Shown: positions 32,405 through 45,173 of the stretch, in pieces | Position numbering within the stretch: position 1 is the stretch's first letter | Layout: the number at the start of each line of letters is the position of its first letter | Assembly: GCA_020184695.1 (NCBI GenBank) | Contig: JAANOX010000241.1 | Location: 372,001 to 436,000, forward strand | Reading direction: 5' to 3' | Source of the DNA: Histomonas meleagridis 2922-C6/04-290x | Taxonomy: Eukaryota > Protista > Parabasalia | DNA length: 64,000 nucleotides | The notes under the pieces: model-generated | Told to the model about the DNA's origin: nothing | Database searches by the model: none | Seen by the model: the letters and a program-made list of their open reading frames with translations, nothing else | Translations under genes and position numbers: made by a program

Positions 32405-33980
32405 ATGAAAGAACGTTAAAATACATAAACAGACGAAAAAAAATATCTTGTTTCAATCAAAAAATGTTTCAATTGATGGTTTTGCTGAAGGCGAAATTTT
32501 TGGAACGTTCCGGCTAGTTGATAAAGGAAATGATAAATATCAATTTATATGGAAGCCTTCAAATCTTATTGATATAAAGCAATTGGTTAAATTATCAGTT
32601 CCCGTAAAGATAAAATTGCCTCTAAATAGGATATCAGAATTAATTGTTGATATGAAGTCTTTTTCTGAAGTAACTTTAAATTTTCTACTTATTGATTTTT
32701 TACTGTTTCCGAAATTTATCTTTCATGAATTTCCTCACCTTTCAGTAACAAGCATGTTAGAGTTTTTAGTTTATAAAAATGTTTTATCTAAGCGATCAAA
32801 AAGATTATACACTATTATTAATAGGCAAAACATAAATTTTGCTTTTTTTGGTTTTGCCTCACCTTCATCTCTTAAAAGAAAAGATTCAAAGAAAATGACA
32901 TCACATAATTTAATTTTGAAATCTTTCAATGTCAGACCATTTCTTAATTGTATTCCACCAGTTACATATGCTGAATTCGAAAGTTCTGATATCACTTCAA
33001 TTAAGAAGCAAATTTTCAAACGAGGAATTGATTCAAAATCACGTCCGAAAATTTGGACCCAACTTCTAAATCTTACTCAAGACATCCATTCTACTCTTTA
33101 TGAAGAATATAAATTACTAAAATTACAATTTTCGAATCTTACATCTTCGCAAATATCAAACAATAAAATTCTAAAAGATAGTTTGCGAATAATTGAACTT
33201 GATGTCAAACGTAACGATCGTAAAACGCCAGCTTTTTCGTCTGATGATAGTCCAAACTTGATCTTACTTAAACAAGTATTAATTATATATTCCATCTATA
33301 ATCGAGACATTGGTTATATTCAAGGAATGGCCGACATTGTATCTGTTTTGATTCTTTTGTATTTTAAAGAATGGCAAGATAATGAAAAAGTCGTTTTATA
33401 TAACAATGAAATAATCGAACGAGAAGAAGCCGAAAATTTTATTTTTTGGCATTTTGTACGTATATTTGAAATAACTCAAACTGATCGAATGTTTAATCAA
33501 CTTAAATATTCGGAAAGGTTTATATTAAAAGTGAGCGCTTGTATAGCTTTTTCTGGGCATGAGCCTATAAGAGAATTACTTTCGGGTTATAGCCCAAAAA
33601 TTATTTCATTTTTGTTAAGACCTGTTTTGTTATTGTTTAAAAGAGAATTTAAAAATAAATATTTGTTAATACTTTGGGATTCAATTTTCGCTGCTGAAGA
33701 ACCTTTTGTATTCATTAGATTTATAACAGCGGCAATTTTGGTGTTTATTTATCCAAAATTATTGGAATATATTAATAATAAAATTGAGGTTTCTAATATT
33801 TTGGAAGATGCTGCTGAAAAAATTGATGTGAATTCAATAAAGAAAATTGCTTTTGCGTTGATGAAAGAAGTGAAAAAATCAAAATTATTAAAAGAAAGTA
33901 CAAAAAAAGCAATTTATGGTCCTCTCCTTTTAAATACAGATTTTGTAGATTATTCGCCACAGTATTTCAATCTAAAATAA
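32405..33980 (+). CDS. TBC-domain Rab GTPase-activating protein (TBC1D15/17-like)
   Basis: GIDSKSRPKIW, IELDVKRNDR (Arg finger), YIQGMADI (Gln finger) and LWDSIFA. The likely ATG at 32405 is out of frame by one base in an A run; the open frame runs from about 32409. Confidence 0.9.
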
Positions 33981-34143
33981 ATTATATATATAATTTAAAA
34001 TAATTTTTTTCTTTGATCTGTAGGGATAAACGATAGAAAAATTCAATCACTTTTGTGCAAAAAGGTGTTATCGTTCCATTGAAAAAATGTTAAAAAAAAC
34101 AATAAGAAGACGTTAAGACCTGTTTAATTGGAGGAAACCAAAA

Positions 34144-36699
34144 ATGGCAAATACACCCATGAACCTTTTAGAAAGTATAAGCGATGATAACTTTGGTGTG
34201 GATGACTCAGAAAGCTATTCAGACAAGGAAAGTGGTGAAAGTGAGAAAAGTGATTCGTCAGATGATATTCTTGACCAAATCAACAAAATGCAACAAGAAA
34301 AAAAACAGCACTCAATAGAACCAACAAATCCAGAAAGTATACCAGAAATAGTTCCAACAATTATTGCTCCAGAAATAGTTCCAACAAAACCAATTGAAGT
34401 TGAAAAGCCAACTGAAACTCATGAAGAACCAACTGAAACTCCTGAACCAATTCAACCAGAAGCCCCCCAAAGCCAAGAAACTTCAAACATAGAAGCCACT
34501 GAAACAACTACAAATGAAGATACAGAAGAACAAAAAAATAATTTTACAGAAGAAGAAGAACACCAAGAAGAAGATAATGAAGCAGAACCCGAATTCTCCT
34601 ACAGCAAGTTTCTTCTTAGTGGTATTCTCATGATTTCTCCAGATATTAATACTTCAGATTATTTCGATGATGAAAATAGTATGCCTCCAATTTTTAATCA
34701 AGCTTCGCCAACAAAGAAAAAGAGTATATTCGAACTCGAAGATTTCGAGGACTCCATCCTACTGCCTCCAAAAGAAGAAGAACCTGAAGAAGACACCAAA
34801 AAAGAAATTTTACCAAAGAAATTTCCGAACACACTTAGTGAATTTTCAGCTTTTGTTTGCTGTGGGAAAACTCCAATTTTCCTATTTGATTATGGGAAAT
34901 GTTTAACAGCTTTCTTTGCACATGATTTACATTCTAAATATAAAACATTTGATTTCGATGATTCTCCACCTTCAAGAAAAAAGTATTCCATATTTTCTTT
35001 AACAGATACAAAAGTGGGTATTCTTGGAGGAAGTGGAACTAAGAATGGAATAGATTTATGGGTTCTTTCACATAGTCCAATTCCAAAATGGGAAAATATT
35101 AAACTTTTAGGATCTCCATTTCCAACATTAAAAGAACATGCAACAGCTTGTCTTGAAAAAAACAACATCTTTTATCTGTATACATTCGGTGGATTCAAGT
35201 TCAATTCATATATGAAAGATTTACTTATCATATTCTATTCAAAAGGATTTTGTACATATCGTGAATTTACACCAAACAGCTCAAGTCCTGTGCCAAGGAT
35301 GAAACACACCTTAACTACATGTGGTGATAAAATTTATTTGTTTGGTGGAATTTCAGAAACATCTACATTACTTAATGATTTTTGGGTTCTTGATACATCA
35401 GTCAATGGACTTTTAAATCCTATTTGGAAATTAGTACCAGGAGAATGTCCTCCGCCACGTCATTCGCACGCTGCTTATTGCTTGAAGAACAAGCTTTACA
35501 TCGTTGGCGGTTATGACCAAAACAACGAAAAATTGAATGACATTTGGCGGTTTGACGGTGAAAAGTGGACACTTTTTGCCGCCTTCGATAGCAACAAAAA
35601 TGTTTTCCCATCTTATCTTGGATTAATATCTTTTGAACCCAAATATGAAATTGTACCTCGCTTGCCTGCAAGCCGTGCATTCTCGTCCAAATTTATCAAG
35701 TTCCAAAATGATAATGTCAAACATCTCAAAAAAGCTGGCTTTTATTCACGCCAAATTCGGTACGAACAAGAAGCGCAGCAAAAGATTCGCCATGTTCTAG
35801 ATCGCTTAAAGAACGGGAAATCACCACAAGCCTTAATGAAGGAAATCACATCAATTTTTAATGAAACCATTGAGATGACCAAAGTACAAAAGATGGTTTT
35901 TGACGAAGCTAATCGCATCTTACAGCAATTTGGTTCCAAACTATCCGACCGTGGTCGTATATATTATAATTATTATAATCTTAATCACCAACTTCATCAT
36001 AAACAGAAAGTTTTTAAGCACAATGCTGATCGAGAATCTGATGAACAGAACGAAGATCTTCAACTTGCCAAAAAATATTCGAAAGAATTATTAAGTTTAC
36101 AAATCCAACGGCCACCATCAGCGTTACCTAAGAACTTTACCGAGGACATCACAGTCATGTTAAAAGACTTCAACAAAGACGAATCACATCAAACATTATT
36201 TTCACATTTTTATTATGTTAATCAGCAACTTCAATATGAGAGCAACAAAAAAGAAATACAAAAACTTAAGGAACGGATCCAACATTACCATAACAAGTTA
36301 AATAACCAAAGCAAAGATTTTTCACAGTATATGAAATTGTTAACTGATCTCCAAAGTGACATCGAAACGACAAAGAAGAAGACCGAAGAATGGCGGAAAA
36401 TGGACAAAGAGATTGAACTTGAATTCGAAACATTAAATGCGTTAAGAGAATATAATGAAAATCCAAACGAATTCAAGAAAATGTATGAAGAACTCGAAAA
36501 GGAAAACAAAAACATTAAAGACCAAATAAAAGTAGAAATAGAAACAATCGCAAATAAAAAAGAAGACTTAGAAACATTGAAGAAATTAATAGAAACAATT
36601 AGAACGTCGTTCGTAGGGAAGTCTGAAGAAGAAGTGAAAAAGGTTCTGCAGGAATTGGTGCCGAAGTTAAACGACACGTCAAACAAAATATTCAAATAA
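34144..36699 (+). CDS. Kelch-repeat protein with acidic N-terminus and C-terminal coiled coil
   Basis: PRMKHTLTTCGDKIYLFGG, PPRHSHAAYCLKNKLYIVGG and NDIWRFD; heptad-rich C-terminus. Confidence 0.9.
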   Translation: MANTPMNLLESISDDNFGVDDSESYSDKESGESEKSDSSDDILDQINKMQQEKKQHSIEPTNPESIPEIVPTIIAPEIVPTKPIEVEKPTETHEEPTETPEPIQPEAPQSQETSNIEATETTTNEDTEEQKNNFTEEEEHQEEDNEAEPEFSYSKFLLSGILMISPDINTSDYFDDENSMPPIFNQASPTKKKSIFELEDFEDSILLPPKEEEPEEDTKKEILPKKFPNTLSEFSAFVCCGKTPIFLFDYGKCLTAFFAHDLHSKYKTFDFDDSPPSRKKYSIFSLTDTKVGILGGSGTKNGIDLWVLSHSPIPKWENIKLLGSPFPTLKEHATACLEKNNIFYLYTFGGFKFNSYMKDLLIIFYSKGFCTYREFTPNSSSPVPRMKHTLTTCGDKIYLFGGISETSTLLNDFWVLDTSVNGLLNPIWKLVPGECPPPRHSHAAYCLKNKLYIVGGYDQNNEKLNDIWRFDGEKWTLFAAFDSNKNVFPSYLGLISFEPKYEIVPRLPASRAFSSKFIKFQNDNVKHLKKAGFYSRQIRYEQEAQQKIRHVLDRLKNGKSPQALMKEITSIFNETIEMTKVQKMVFDEANRILQQFGSKLSDRGRIYYNYYNLNHQLHHKQKVFKHNADRESDEQNEDLQLAKKYSKELLSLQIQRPPSALPKNFTEDITVMLKDFNKDESHQTLFSHFYYVNQQLQYESNKKEIQKLKERIQHYHNKLNNQSKDFSQYMKLLTDLQSDIETTKKKTEEWRKMDKEIELEFETLNALREYNENPNEFKKMYEELEKENKNIKDQIKVEIETIANKKEDLETLKKLIETIRTSFVGKSEEEVKKVLQELVPKLNDTSNKIFK

Positions 36700-37509
36700 A
36701 AATTTGCGTAATTTGAGTAAAATAAAATTATTTTCGTTATTTGATTTTTGTTTGCTGATCAGAACGATTTAAAGTTTTGGTTTAATAATAAAATTGTTTT
36801 ACATGCTATATATCGTAAACGGTAATGTCTATGTGTTAAGCAACAAAAAATTGCAATAATAATATTGTGATTGAAAATTAATTTTAAAGATAAAAAGCAT
36901 TGAAATGAAATTAATAGACACTCTTCATTATATTTTTCATTTTGGCAAAAATCGAACAAAATGGGAAAGGTGTTGCAAACGTTCTGATTAATATCACTTA
37001 GTAGCAAAGTTAATGTGCTCCTGTGGGCAGCGATCTGCCCAAGATGAAAAACACTACTTTTTATAATAAAAATCAAAAGAATCATGATAATGGAATAAAT
37101 TCACTCATAAAAATAATATATTTCTGAAAAAAATGCAATTATTGTAAATTTTGATAGAAATATAAAACAAAATGAACTTAATGTTATTCCATCAGCAACT
37201 ACAATTTAGAAGCACAGGGAGATTTTTTTTTTTTTGAAGTAACAATTCAGTTAAATCAATAAAAACAAATTATCAATTTTGTATACTTTATTTACATAAT
37301 TTGAATTATTATTTGGTCGTAATTTCCAAAAAATGTCAACACAAAAATTTGCGCAATTATTGTAACGGTTTCGATCGTTATATATTGAAAAAGCTGGGCA
37401 GGCCCGTTGACCGTAAGAAAATTGATGCCATTCGCATTCAATTGAATGAGACAACAAAGTCATTTTTCACAGAAGATATTTCAATGGTTTATGACGGGTT
37501 GTTTTTATT

Positions 37510-39967
37510 TTGGTGATGAGCAGCAATGAACATATTTCAACACTGTTTTCATGTGTTGAGATATTGTCTAATAATCAGGGCGCTAATGAAATGTTTCAAG
37601 AGGCCAATAATTGGATTTGTACATGGATTCAATCAGATTATTTATTTAATGATTTTCACGCAGTTTTCGAAATATTTTCATCAAATCCTCATGACCAAAA
37701 CACCCAGAAAGTACTTTTTGTAACTCTTAAGGCAATTCAAGAAAGTATCAGAATGAGGTTTGGATCTATTAGCCAAGAAATAATCGTAGATATTTTAAAC
37801 TTAACATGGCGGCTTTCTCTTGATCCAAATTTAATGAGTATATCTCGTGAGTTTTCTTTTTTAATTATTTGTGACATATTTAGTTTATCACAAAAAATTG
37901 AACCAGCAATTATAGAAAGCATACCAAATGATTACAAAATGCATTTTTTTGCCCTTCTTTTTGAAGTTGGGCACGAAGAATACTTAAAACGTTATCCAAT
38001 TAATAATTCGATTCAATCACAACTTTTATTATTTGGAATAGAACTTCTTTCTAATTCTCCCATGTCACTTGAATGGCTTCGTATAGCTTCTTCTTTACTT
38101 CCAGATATGGATGGCGATGTATTTTTAAACCATTTTTCCAAATTAATTCCAAAATTATATGAATCTATAGGCGATATTAACATGATGAAACTTACTGCTG
38201 ATATTATAGCGACCATTTATTCATATTCCTATACCATTTATCAATCAGATTTTCTTTTTAACTTAATTCAATTTACAATTTCATTTTCTACCCAACTTAA
38301 ACAATTAATAGCAAACAACCATGAAGCTGCCATTTTCTTATATAGTATTTGGGAAGGTTTTTTCCAATTAGATTGTGATGAAATAGCTAATTCACCTGCA
38401 TTTTACAAATTATTTGTAAGTGTTCTCCGCGAAATTTTCACTGTTTGTTCAGTGATTCCACCAGACTTTGAAATGTGGGATGAATTTTGTATGATGATTA
38501 TATCCTTCTTTCAAACCTTTGGAAACACTCATCCAGTTTTCTATTATTTGATGGATCTTTTTAACTTGTTTACGAGTATCGTCAATACTGGGGTACCCCC
38601 GAATTCGTTAAAGAAATCGTTATCAGAACTTCACTTTTTATCGCAACCACTTTTATGTAATTTCTTAGAAGAAGTTCAACCTAAAACACCAGGGACATTA
38701 CTTATTGCAGCTTTTAATGCTGAATATTTGCCTCATCAACTTTTACAAAAATTTTTGGAATTAATTTTTACAAATAATTTCCCATTACCACATGTTTCAA
38801 TTTTCTTACGAAAAACATTTCGTATTATTAATGGATTTCCTTATAATTATGTCCAAATAATACGAGCAACATTGAAAGAAATTCCAAAATATCAATCGAA
38901 AACTTTATATTTAATTTTCAAAGAAAAACACGGTTTTATCTCCAGCGATATTTCAGAAGCTTTGTTTGATTTTTTGGGGGTACCTCAAATTCACCGATAC
39001 GCAAACGCACGTTTATATAATTCCATCCATTTTATATTCTTTTACTAATAATACATATGAAAAGACATATGAAATCTGTATGTCAATTGGGTCATATATC
39101 TTACAACATTCACATGTAATTTTTTCACAAGAGATTAATCAAATTCCACAATATGTCAATTATTTATATCAACTTATTATTAAGATACCACGAAAATCCG
39201 AAGCTAATAAGCAATCGATCTTGATACCATTTTATCATTCATTATTTATAAATCTTTTACAATTATTAAAACAAATTTATTTATTACCTGATGAATCAAC
39301 GCAAGAAAACTTTTGTCGATTGTTTATGTATATCATTGACGAACAACTCATTGAAGATGCGACATATTTTGTCGAATGGCTTGAATCCATTTCACAAATG
39401 AATATTCTCACTTCGTTACATTTCAAATTACTAACAAAGATACCATTTATGTTGTGTAATAACATGATCAATTTCATTCGATCTGTTAATGAAAATGTTG
39501 ATCCGGAGATATTAAATGGTATTTCATATTTCATGGAATATGTTGCGACGAATCATTTTGATATCTTTCCTAATATTTTCTCGCAACAATTAATTTTGTT
39601 TATAATCATTCATTCGTATTCTATTAGAGACATATTTAATACATTAAAAAATATAATCGAATCAAATCAAATTAATATCGATTTTGCATTGGTGTTATTA
39701 AAGACTTTGTTATCGAAATGTGAAAATAGCGACTCACTATACCCAAATCAATTGGCCGTTTTGGTCAATAAAATGGCACCAAAAATTCCGTCCAATTTAT
39801 ACTTCGGCGCTTTCGCTGAAGTGTTCAGCAACTGCAGAAATGAACAAATCGTCTTCAATTATGCGAACGCATTGGTAAACAAGGAATTGGGGCAACAGTT
39901 CGTGGCAGAGGCAACAGTGGCGTTCTTCGATTACGTACGATTCAACGCAAGAAGAGAAAATATATAA
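37510..39967 (+). CDS. Large helical (HEAT/karyopherin-like) protein with a frameshift at about 38970-38980
   Basis: Overlapping ORFs 37510-39048 and 38966-39967 join if one base is removed from TTTTTTGGGGG. The N-terminal ANNWICTW..S is reminiscent of the importin-beta N-terminus (weak). Confidence 0.75.
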
Positions 39968-41074
39968 TTTGTGTTATTAAATGTTCTTATCATGAAATTT
40001 ATAATTTTTTTGAGATGGGTTAAAAGTGTCAATTGGCTTAACAAACAAAAAGTTTCAAAAACGATCGTTTCTCCCAGAAAGCACAGCCGATAAAAAAATA
40101 TTTCTGTATCTGTTCGTACAAATTTACCATTAAATATTTTACAGAGTCTGCCAAAAATCATTTCTTTGAAATTTTCCCGAACGATCATTTTTAACATAAA
40201 ATATCTATCATCCTCTATCGTGAATAACGTATTTTTTCCCGGGGCAGTTTAAAGGTCTAAACTGACGTTCAAAAATAGTTCTATTGAAACAAACTTTTTG
40301 AGCGCTCTTAATTCAAAAATCCGTTCCTTTGATGCGAAACGATATCATTTTCTTTCTTTCATTTTTTTGTCTTCTTCCACAATTTAAATAAGGGAACTTT
40401 CTGTCACTTTTCATAAAAATCATTACATTTCAGCTTTGTGAACATCTTCCGATTGCAAAAACAACAAAACGCGTTTCAGTAAAAGTTATACAAATGAACT
40501 GACTAAAAGAAGAAGCGGTTGAAGCTCTCTGTATCGTTTTTGACTGATTTATTAGCAAGTTTCTCAAGTTTTCGCACGAATGTGTAATTTCTTCTTGATT
40601 TTCCCCATATGTTTGTTTTGCTTATTACAAACCTCACCAAAAAATTCAGGTTCAAAGATTTTTAGTAATCAATTATCTATTTCTCAAACTCTCAAGCATT
40701 CCCCTTGCCTTACTTTAGAATCCAAAGGGACTACATACTTCTCATTCTCACTCCATAACAAAAAGAGTGTATCCATTAAAAACACAAATTTTATTATTTT
40801 AAAAGATAATGAATGGAATCCATTTAATACCAGTACAAGCAGATATCAGTGTCATTCCCCTTTGTTAGAATTACCGATTTCATCTGTTAAACATTATTTT
40901 AAATTCTTTTCTTTAGTGTTTAATCATTTTTCATTAAAAGCACACTTATCAATGCCAATGAATAATAACTTCATAAAGAAAATGTTCAAATTCAATGAAA
41001 ATGTTCAAGCTCTAATGCACTGCTTTTTTATTTTGGGATTTTCTTTATGTTATGAAATTAAATTTTTAGTTAAT

Positions 41075-41750
41075 AAATTGAAAACAAGCAAAAAGAAAAA
41101 ACATAAAAATGTTTTAATTTTTGTTGTATTTTTCATAAATTCTTTTCAATTATTTTGTGTTGATAACCTAACATTAATAATAACAAACTCAAGTGATTTT
41201 AATGAAACTGTTCAATATCAAAACATCACGAAATTTATATATATTAGTGAAGGAATTTATTCAATTCCAAGTAGTTCATTTTCAGAATGGCATTCAGTTG
41301 TTTCAGTAAATTTTGGTAATTCTATATCAGATATTGGAAGTTCAGTGTTTTCGTCATGTTTTTAATTTAGAAACGATTATAATTGAGGAAATGTTACAAC
41401 AATTGGCGGTAGTTCATTTTCAATGTGTTCATCAATCAAAAACATTACAATTCCAAATTCAGTTACAACAATTGGAAATTCAGCATTTGTATCATGTTCT
41501 AATTTAAGGATATTAACACTTGGATATGGAATCAGAGAAATTGGAAGTTCAGCATTTGGGCATTGTTATCAACTTCAATGCATTTTATTATTATGGAGAC
41601 ATCGAACCAAATATTGATGAAAATGCATTTTATAATGTTTTTACAAGTGTTATCACATATCCAACATATATAGGAAGTAAATTTGGAAATTTAGATGTTG
41701 CCAAAGAAAACGCAGAAGGAACCTGCAATCCAATTCCAACACATTCATTT
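41075..41750 (+). repeat. BspA cassette copy A (676 bp), near-identical to 43818-44492
   Basis: Runs from AAATTGAAAACAAGC to CACATTCATTT. By eye it differs from copy B only by three single-base indels. Confidence 0.93.
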
Positions 41751-41768
41751 TCAGCATCACATACATTT

Positions 41769-41906
41769 AGTAATACATATTCTCAGTCAAATACATTCAG
41801 CCAAAGTAATACATATTCTCAGTAAAATACATTCAGCCAAAGTAATACATATTCTCAGTCAAATACATTTAGCCAAAGTAATACATATTCTCAGTCAAAT
41901 ACATTC
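41769..41906 (+). repeat. 36-bp tandem coding repeat (about 3.8 copies; SNTYSQSNTFSQ)
   Basis: Units AGTAATACATATTCTCAGTCAAATACATTCAGCCAA start at 41769, 41805, 41841 and 41877. Confidence 0.92.
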
Positions 41907-42974
41907 ACTGAATCGTTTCAAAGCGATTTAACATTTTCATTTTCATATACATTAACACTTACGCTCACAATTGCATATTCATTTACTTATTATGAGACGC
42001 AAACAAGTTCGCTTTCATTATCAATATTTAATTCAACATTTTCTTATGTCGAAACTGAATTTCTTTATTATGATTACACAGTTATTATGTATTCGACACA
42101 TTTTAATTATTTTTCAAATTTCATTACAATGCTTCGCACCAACATTTTACATACAAATGGACTTACAACTAATGCATTGATTGGAATTGTTTGCGGATCA
42201 ATTGCATTAGTGTTAATAATTGTTGGAATTGTTATATTCTTAATCAAAAGTAATAACAAAAAAGGAAAATCGACATCAGCATTACAATTTAAGGATTCGA
42301 CTACATCAAGTTTAAACCAAATTGAAGATGTAAATACTTTAGTTGAAGATATTGTTAAAGAAGATGAAGACAATTGGCTATGATTTAATGTAAAATAAAA
42401 ATATATTTTTAATTGATATATTTTTAATTTAAATAAATATTATGAAGTGATTCGCAATGAGAAATATTAATCGATTTTCACTTTGCTATAATTAACAATG
42501 AAAACATCGAAAATGTTGAATATTGTTTTGATGAAACTTTCTAAAGATCAAATAGAATAAGACATTATTTATTTACAAATGATTTATAGTTTACAATAGA
42601 AATTTTTCGTAAAGTATCAAATGTTAAATGTAAATGATATAAATCATTAAGTTGCTTTACAAAACATTAATGGAAAATTAAATTATTTAAATGAAAAACA
42701 TTCATATCGCAAAACATTATATATAAAGATAATTACAATATTAATATAGAAGTAATAAGATATGAAGTTTGTGATATAACTTTATTTACAATTTATTAAC
42801 ATACAATGATATGTTTTCCTTACAGTCTATCACTTAATTATACAAAATATCTCTTTTCTATTTTAGGATGTGTTTAGTTTATTCACAAAATTTAAAGTTA
42901 CATAATTAGGATAAAACGCATTTCTCTCAAAAATCATGAAATTTAATACTATAAAAAGTGCCAACAATAACAAA

Positions 42975-43535
42975 GACATATCATTTTAATCTGCAAACTC
43001 AGCTCTAACACATTCATTTCTTTTTATTATTTAAAAGTGCTTTTGCAAGCATTTTAATGTATTATCTATTGTGGGTGTCTTTAAATATTGAAACAAACAA
43101 ATTTTAGGTTTAATTGAAAAACTTCAAAAAAGAAACAAATTTTTTTACATGTTAACCGTGTGATTTTTAACTTTTGTATTGGCCGATGTGTATTTGGTAA
43201 AGGCCTTCAACTATATTAGGTCATAAACCATGAAAATTCTTCAATTGCTGTTCATTTCGGCCTTAACAAAGCATTTTACAACCGACATAATACCAGGTAT
43301 ACCATTTTTTACAACCACAAAAATATCAAATATGAAAAAGAACTTAAGCAAAGAAGGGCACTCTCATACACACAATGTAGAAGTTCCAGTCTTTGGAATT
43401 ACGTATGCAAATTTTGATATATTTAACAATAATTCTGCTTTCTTTAAAACAAGCATATTTTTAAATTTCTTGACTGACAGTAAGTGTACATCAGAAATAC
43501 TTCAATTCTTTTATGACAAAATAAAGTTCCTAGCA
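42975..43535 (+). repeat. Dispersed cassette copy 1, paralogous to about 48990-49539
   Basis: About 260 bp of shared upstream sequence, including an identical 44-mer (43152-43195 = 49162-49205), plus the shared reading frame MKILxLLFIS...PGIPFF.TTKISNMKKNLSKEG...FLNF.TDSK. Confidence 0.85.
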
Positions 43536-45119
43536 TCATATTTTACAATTTCACAAAATAAATTCTTTACAACCATTATGATTATTGAAAACAATATATC
43601 AACACAAGCTTTAAAGATGCATTATGGGGATATATCTTTAATCCAGTATGAATTTCTTTGTTTTGCATTGATGCCAAACGATAAGCAAGTCCGACCATTT
43701 AAATTCAATGCTTATGTTCGTTTAACCGCTATATTTTCAATGATGATTGTGGTGGTTTATATCAATTTTTTTCAGAGAAAACCACTGTTTCTACAGAAAT
43801 TTTATTTGACCAACTACAAATTGAAAACAAGCAAAAAGAAAAAACATAAAAATGTTTTAATTTTTGTTGTATTTTTCATAAATTCTTTTCAATTATTTTG
43901 TGTTGATAACCTAACATTAATAATAACAAACTCAAGTGATTTTAATGAAACTGTTCAATATCAAAACATCACGAAATTTATATATATTAGTGAAGGAATT
44001 TATTCAATTCCAAGTAGTTCATTTTCAGAATGGCATTCAGTTGTTTCAGTAAATTTTGGTAATTCTATATCAGATATTGGAAGTTCAGTGTTTTCGTCAT
44101 GTTTTAATTTAGAAACGATTATAATTGGAGGAAATGTTACAACAATTGGCGGTAGTTCATTTTCAATGTGTTCATCAATCAAAAACATTACAATTCCAAA
44201 TTCAGTTACAACAATTGGAAATTCAGCATTTGTATCATGTTCTAATTTAAGGATATTAACACTTGGATATGGAATCAGAGAAATTGGAAGTTCAGCATTT
44301 GGGCATTGTTATCAACTTCAATGCATTTATTATTATGGAGACATCGAACCAAATATTGATGAAAATGCATTTTATAATGTTTTTACAAGTGTTATCACAT
44401 ATCCAACATATATAGGAAGTAAATTTGGAAATTTAGATGTTGCCAAAGAAAACGCAGAAGGAACCTGCAATCCAATTCCAACACATTCATTTAGTCAATC
44501 AAATACATTTACAAGATCAAATTCATATGCACATTCAGATTCAATATCAATCTCAGCATTATATTCATTTAGTCAATCGAATACATTTTCTATTTCGAAT
44601 ACATTTACTGGATCATTTCAAAGTGATATTTCATTATCATTATCATTTTCATATACATTAACAATTACATTATCAATCACACATTCATTAACTATTTATG
44701 AAACAAAAACGAAAACATTTTCATTATATATAAATAATTCGACATTTTCATATATTGAAACAGAATTTATTTATTACAATTATACGATTGTTATATATTC
44801 GACTTATTATAATTATTATTCCAATTTCTTTACAATGTTTTATACTAATAATAATGATAATCAAAATAACGATAATAAAACAACAATTATCATCATTTCT
44901 GTTTGTGTAATTGTTATATTAATAGTCATTATCATATTATTAATTATATTATTGACACATATTCGAAATAAAAAAGAAGAAATTTATGAGAATGATAAAT
45001 CAGAACAAAATGAAAACGAAACGACGAATACATTTACAACAGGAATAAGTAACATAAATATTGAAGAAGATCCATTTGCTGAAGATTTTCGAGAAGAAAA
45101 ATTCATTGAACAAATATAA
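43230..45119 (+). CDS. bspA: Chimeric ORF: unknown N-terminal cassette fused in frame to a short BspA-like protein (LRRs, S/T stalk, TM, acidic tail)
   Basis: 629 codons open. The BspA part starts at about 43818, with LRRs IGGNVTTIGGSSFSMC and IPNSVTTIGNSAFVSC, a TM, and tail EEDPFAEDF. Confidence 0.75.
   Translation: MKILQLLFISALTKHFTTDIIPGIPFFTTTKISNMKKNLSKEGHSHTHNVEVPVFGITYANFDIFNNNSAFFKTSIFLNFLTDSKCTSEILQFFYDKIKFLASYFTISQNKFFTTIMIIENNISTQALKMHYGDISLIQYEFLCFALMPNDKQVRPFKFNAYVRLTAIFSMMIVVVYINFFQRKPLFLQKFYLTNYKLKTSKKKKHKNVLIFVVFFINSFQLFCVDNLTLIITNSSDFNETVQYQNITKFIYISEGIYSIPSSSFSEWHSVVSVNFGNSISDIGSSVFSSCFNLETIIIGGNVTTIGGSSFSMCSSIKNITIPNSVTTIGNSAFVSCSNLRILTLGYGIREIGSSAFGHCYQLQCIYYYGDIEPNIDENAFYNVFTSVITYPTYIGSKFGNLDVAKENAEGTCNPIPTHSFSQSNTFTRSNSYAHSDSISISALYSFSQSNTFSISNTFTGSFQSDISLSLSFSYTLTITLSITHSLTIYETKTKTFSLYINNSTFSYIETEFIYYNYTIVIYSTYYNYYSNFFTMFYTNNNDNQNNDNKTTIIIISVCVIVILIVIIILLIILLTHIRNKKEEIYENDKSEQNENETTNTFTTGISNINIEEDPFAEDFREEKFIEQI
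43818..44492 (+). repeat. BspA cassette copy B (675 bp)
   Basis: Near-identical to 41075-41750. Confidence 0.93.
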
Positions 45120-45173
45120 TTTTCAATGTTAGATATTTGTAAATTTTGTAATGATAATTATAAATATTATATA

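Larger units (their letters stand above)
41075..42383 (+). pseudogene. bspA: Short BspA-like surface protein pseudogene (LRRs, S/T stalk, TM, acidic tail)
   Basis: Three 1-bp indels (about 41360, 41387, 41585) relative to the intact copy at 43818-44492, and a TAA in the stalk at about 41823. TM ALIGIVCGSIALVLIIVGIVIFLI and tail ...EDEDNWL*. Confidence 0.85.

Noticed and set aside
40000-41074. Possible decayed pogo/DDE_1 transposase on the minus strand (IGIDKCAFNEK; MTLISACTGIKWIPFII)
   Set aside because: The motif-like pieces lie in different frames, are antisense shadows of a mostly open plus frame, and no TIRs or catalytic triad could be found.
41769-41906. 36-bp repeats suggestive of a CRISPR array
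   Set aside because: The units are contiguous with no spacers and encode an S/T-rich stalk; the context is eukaryotic with no cas genes.
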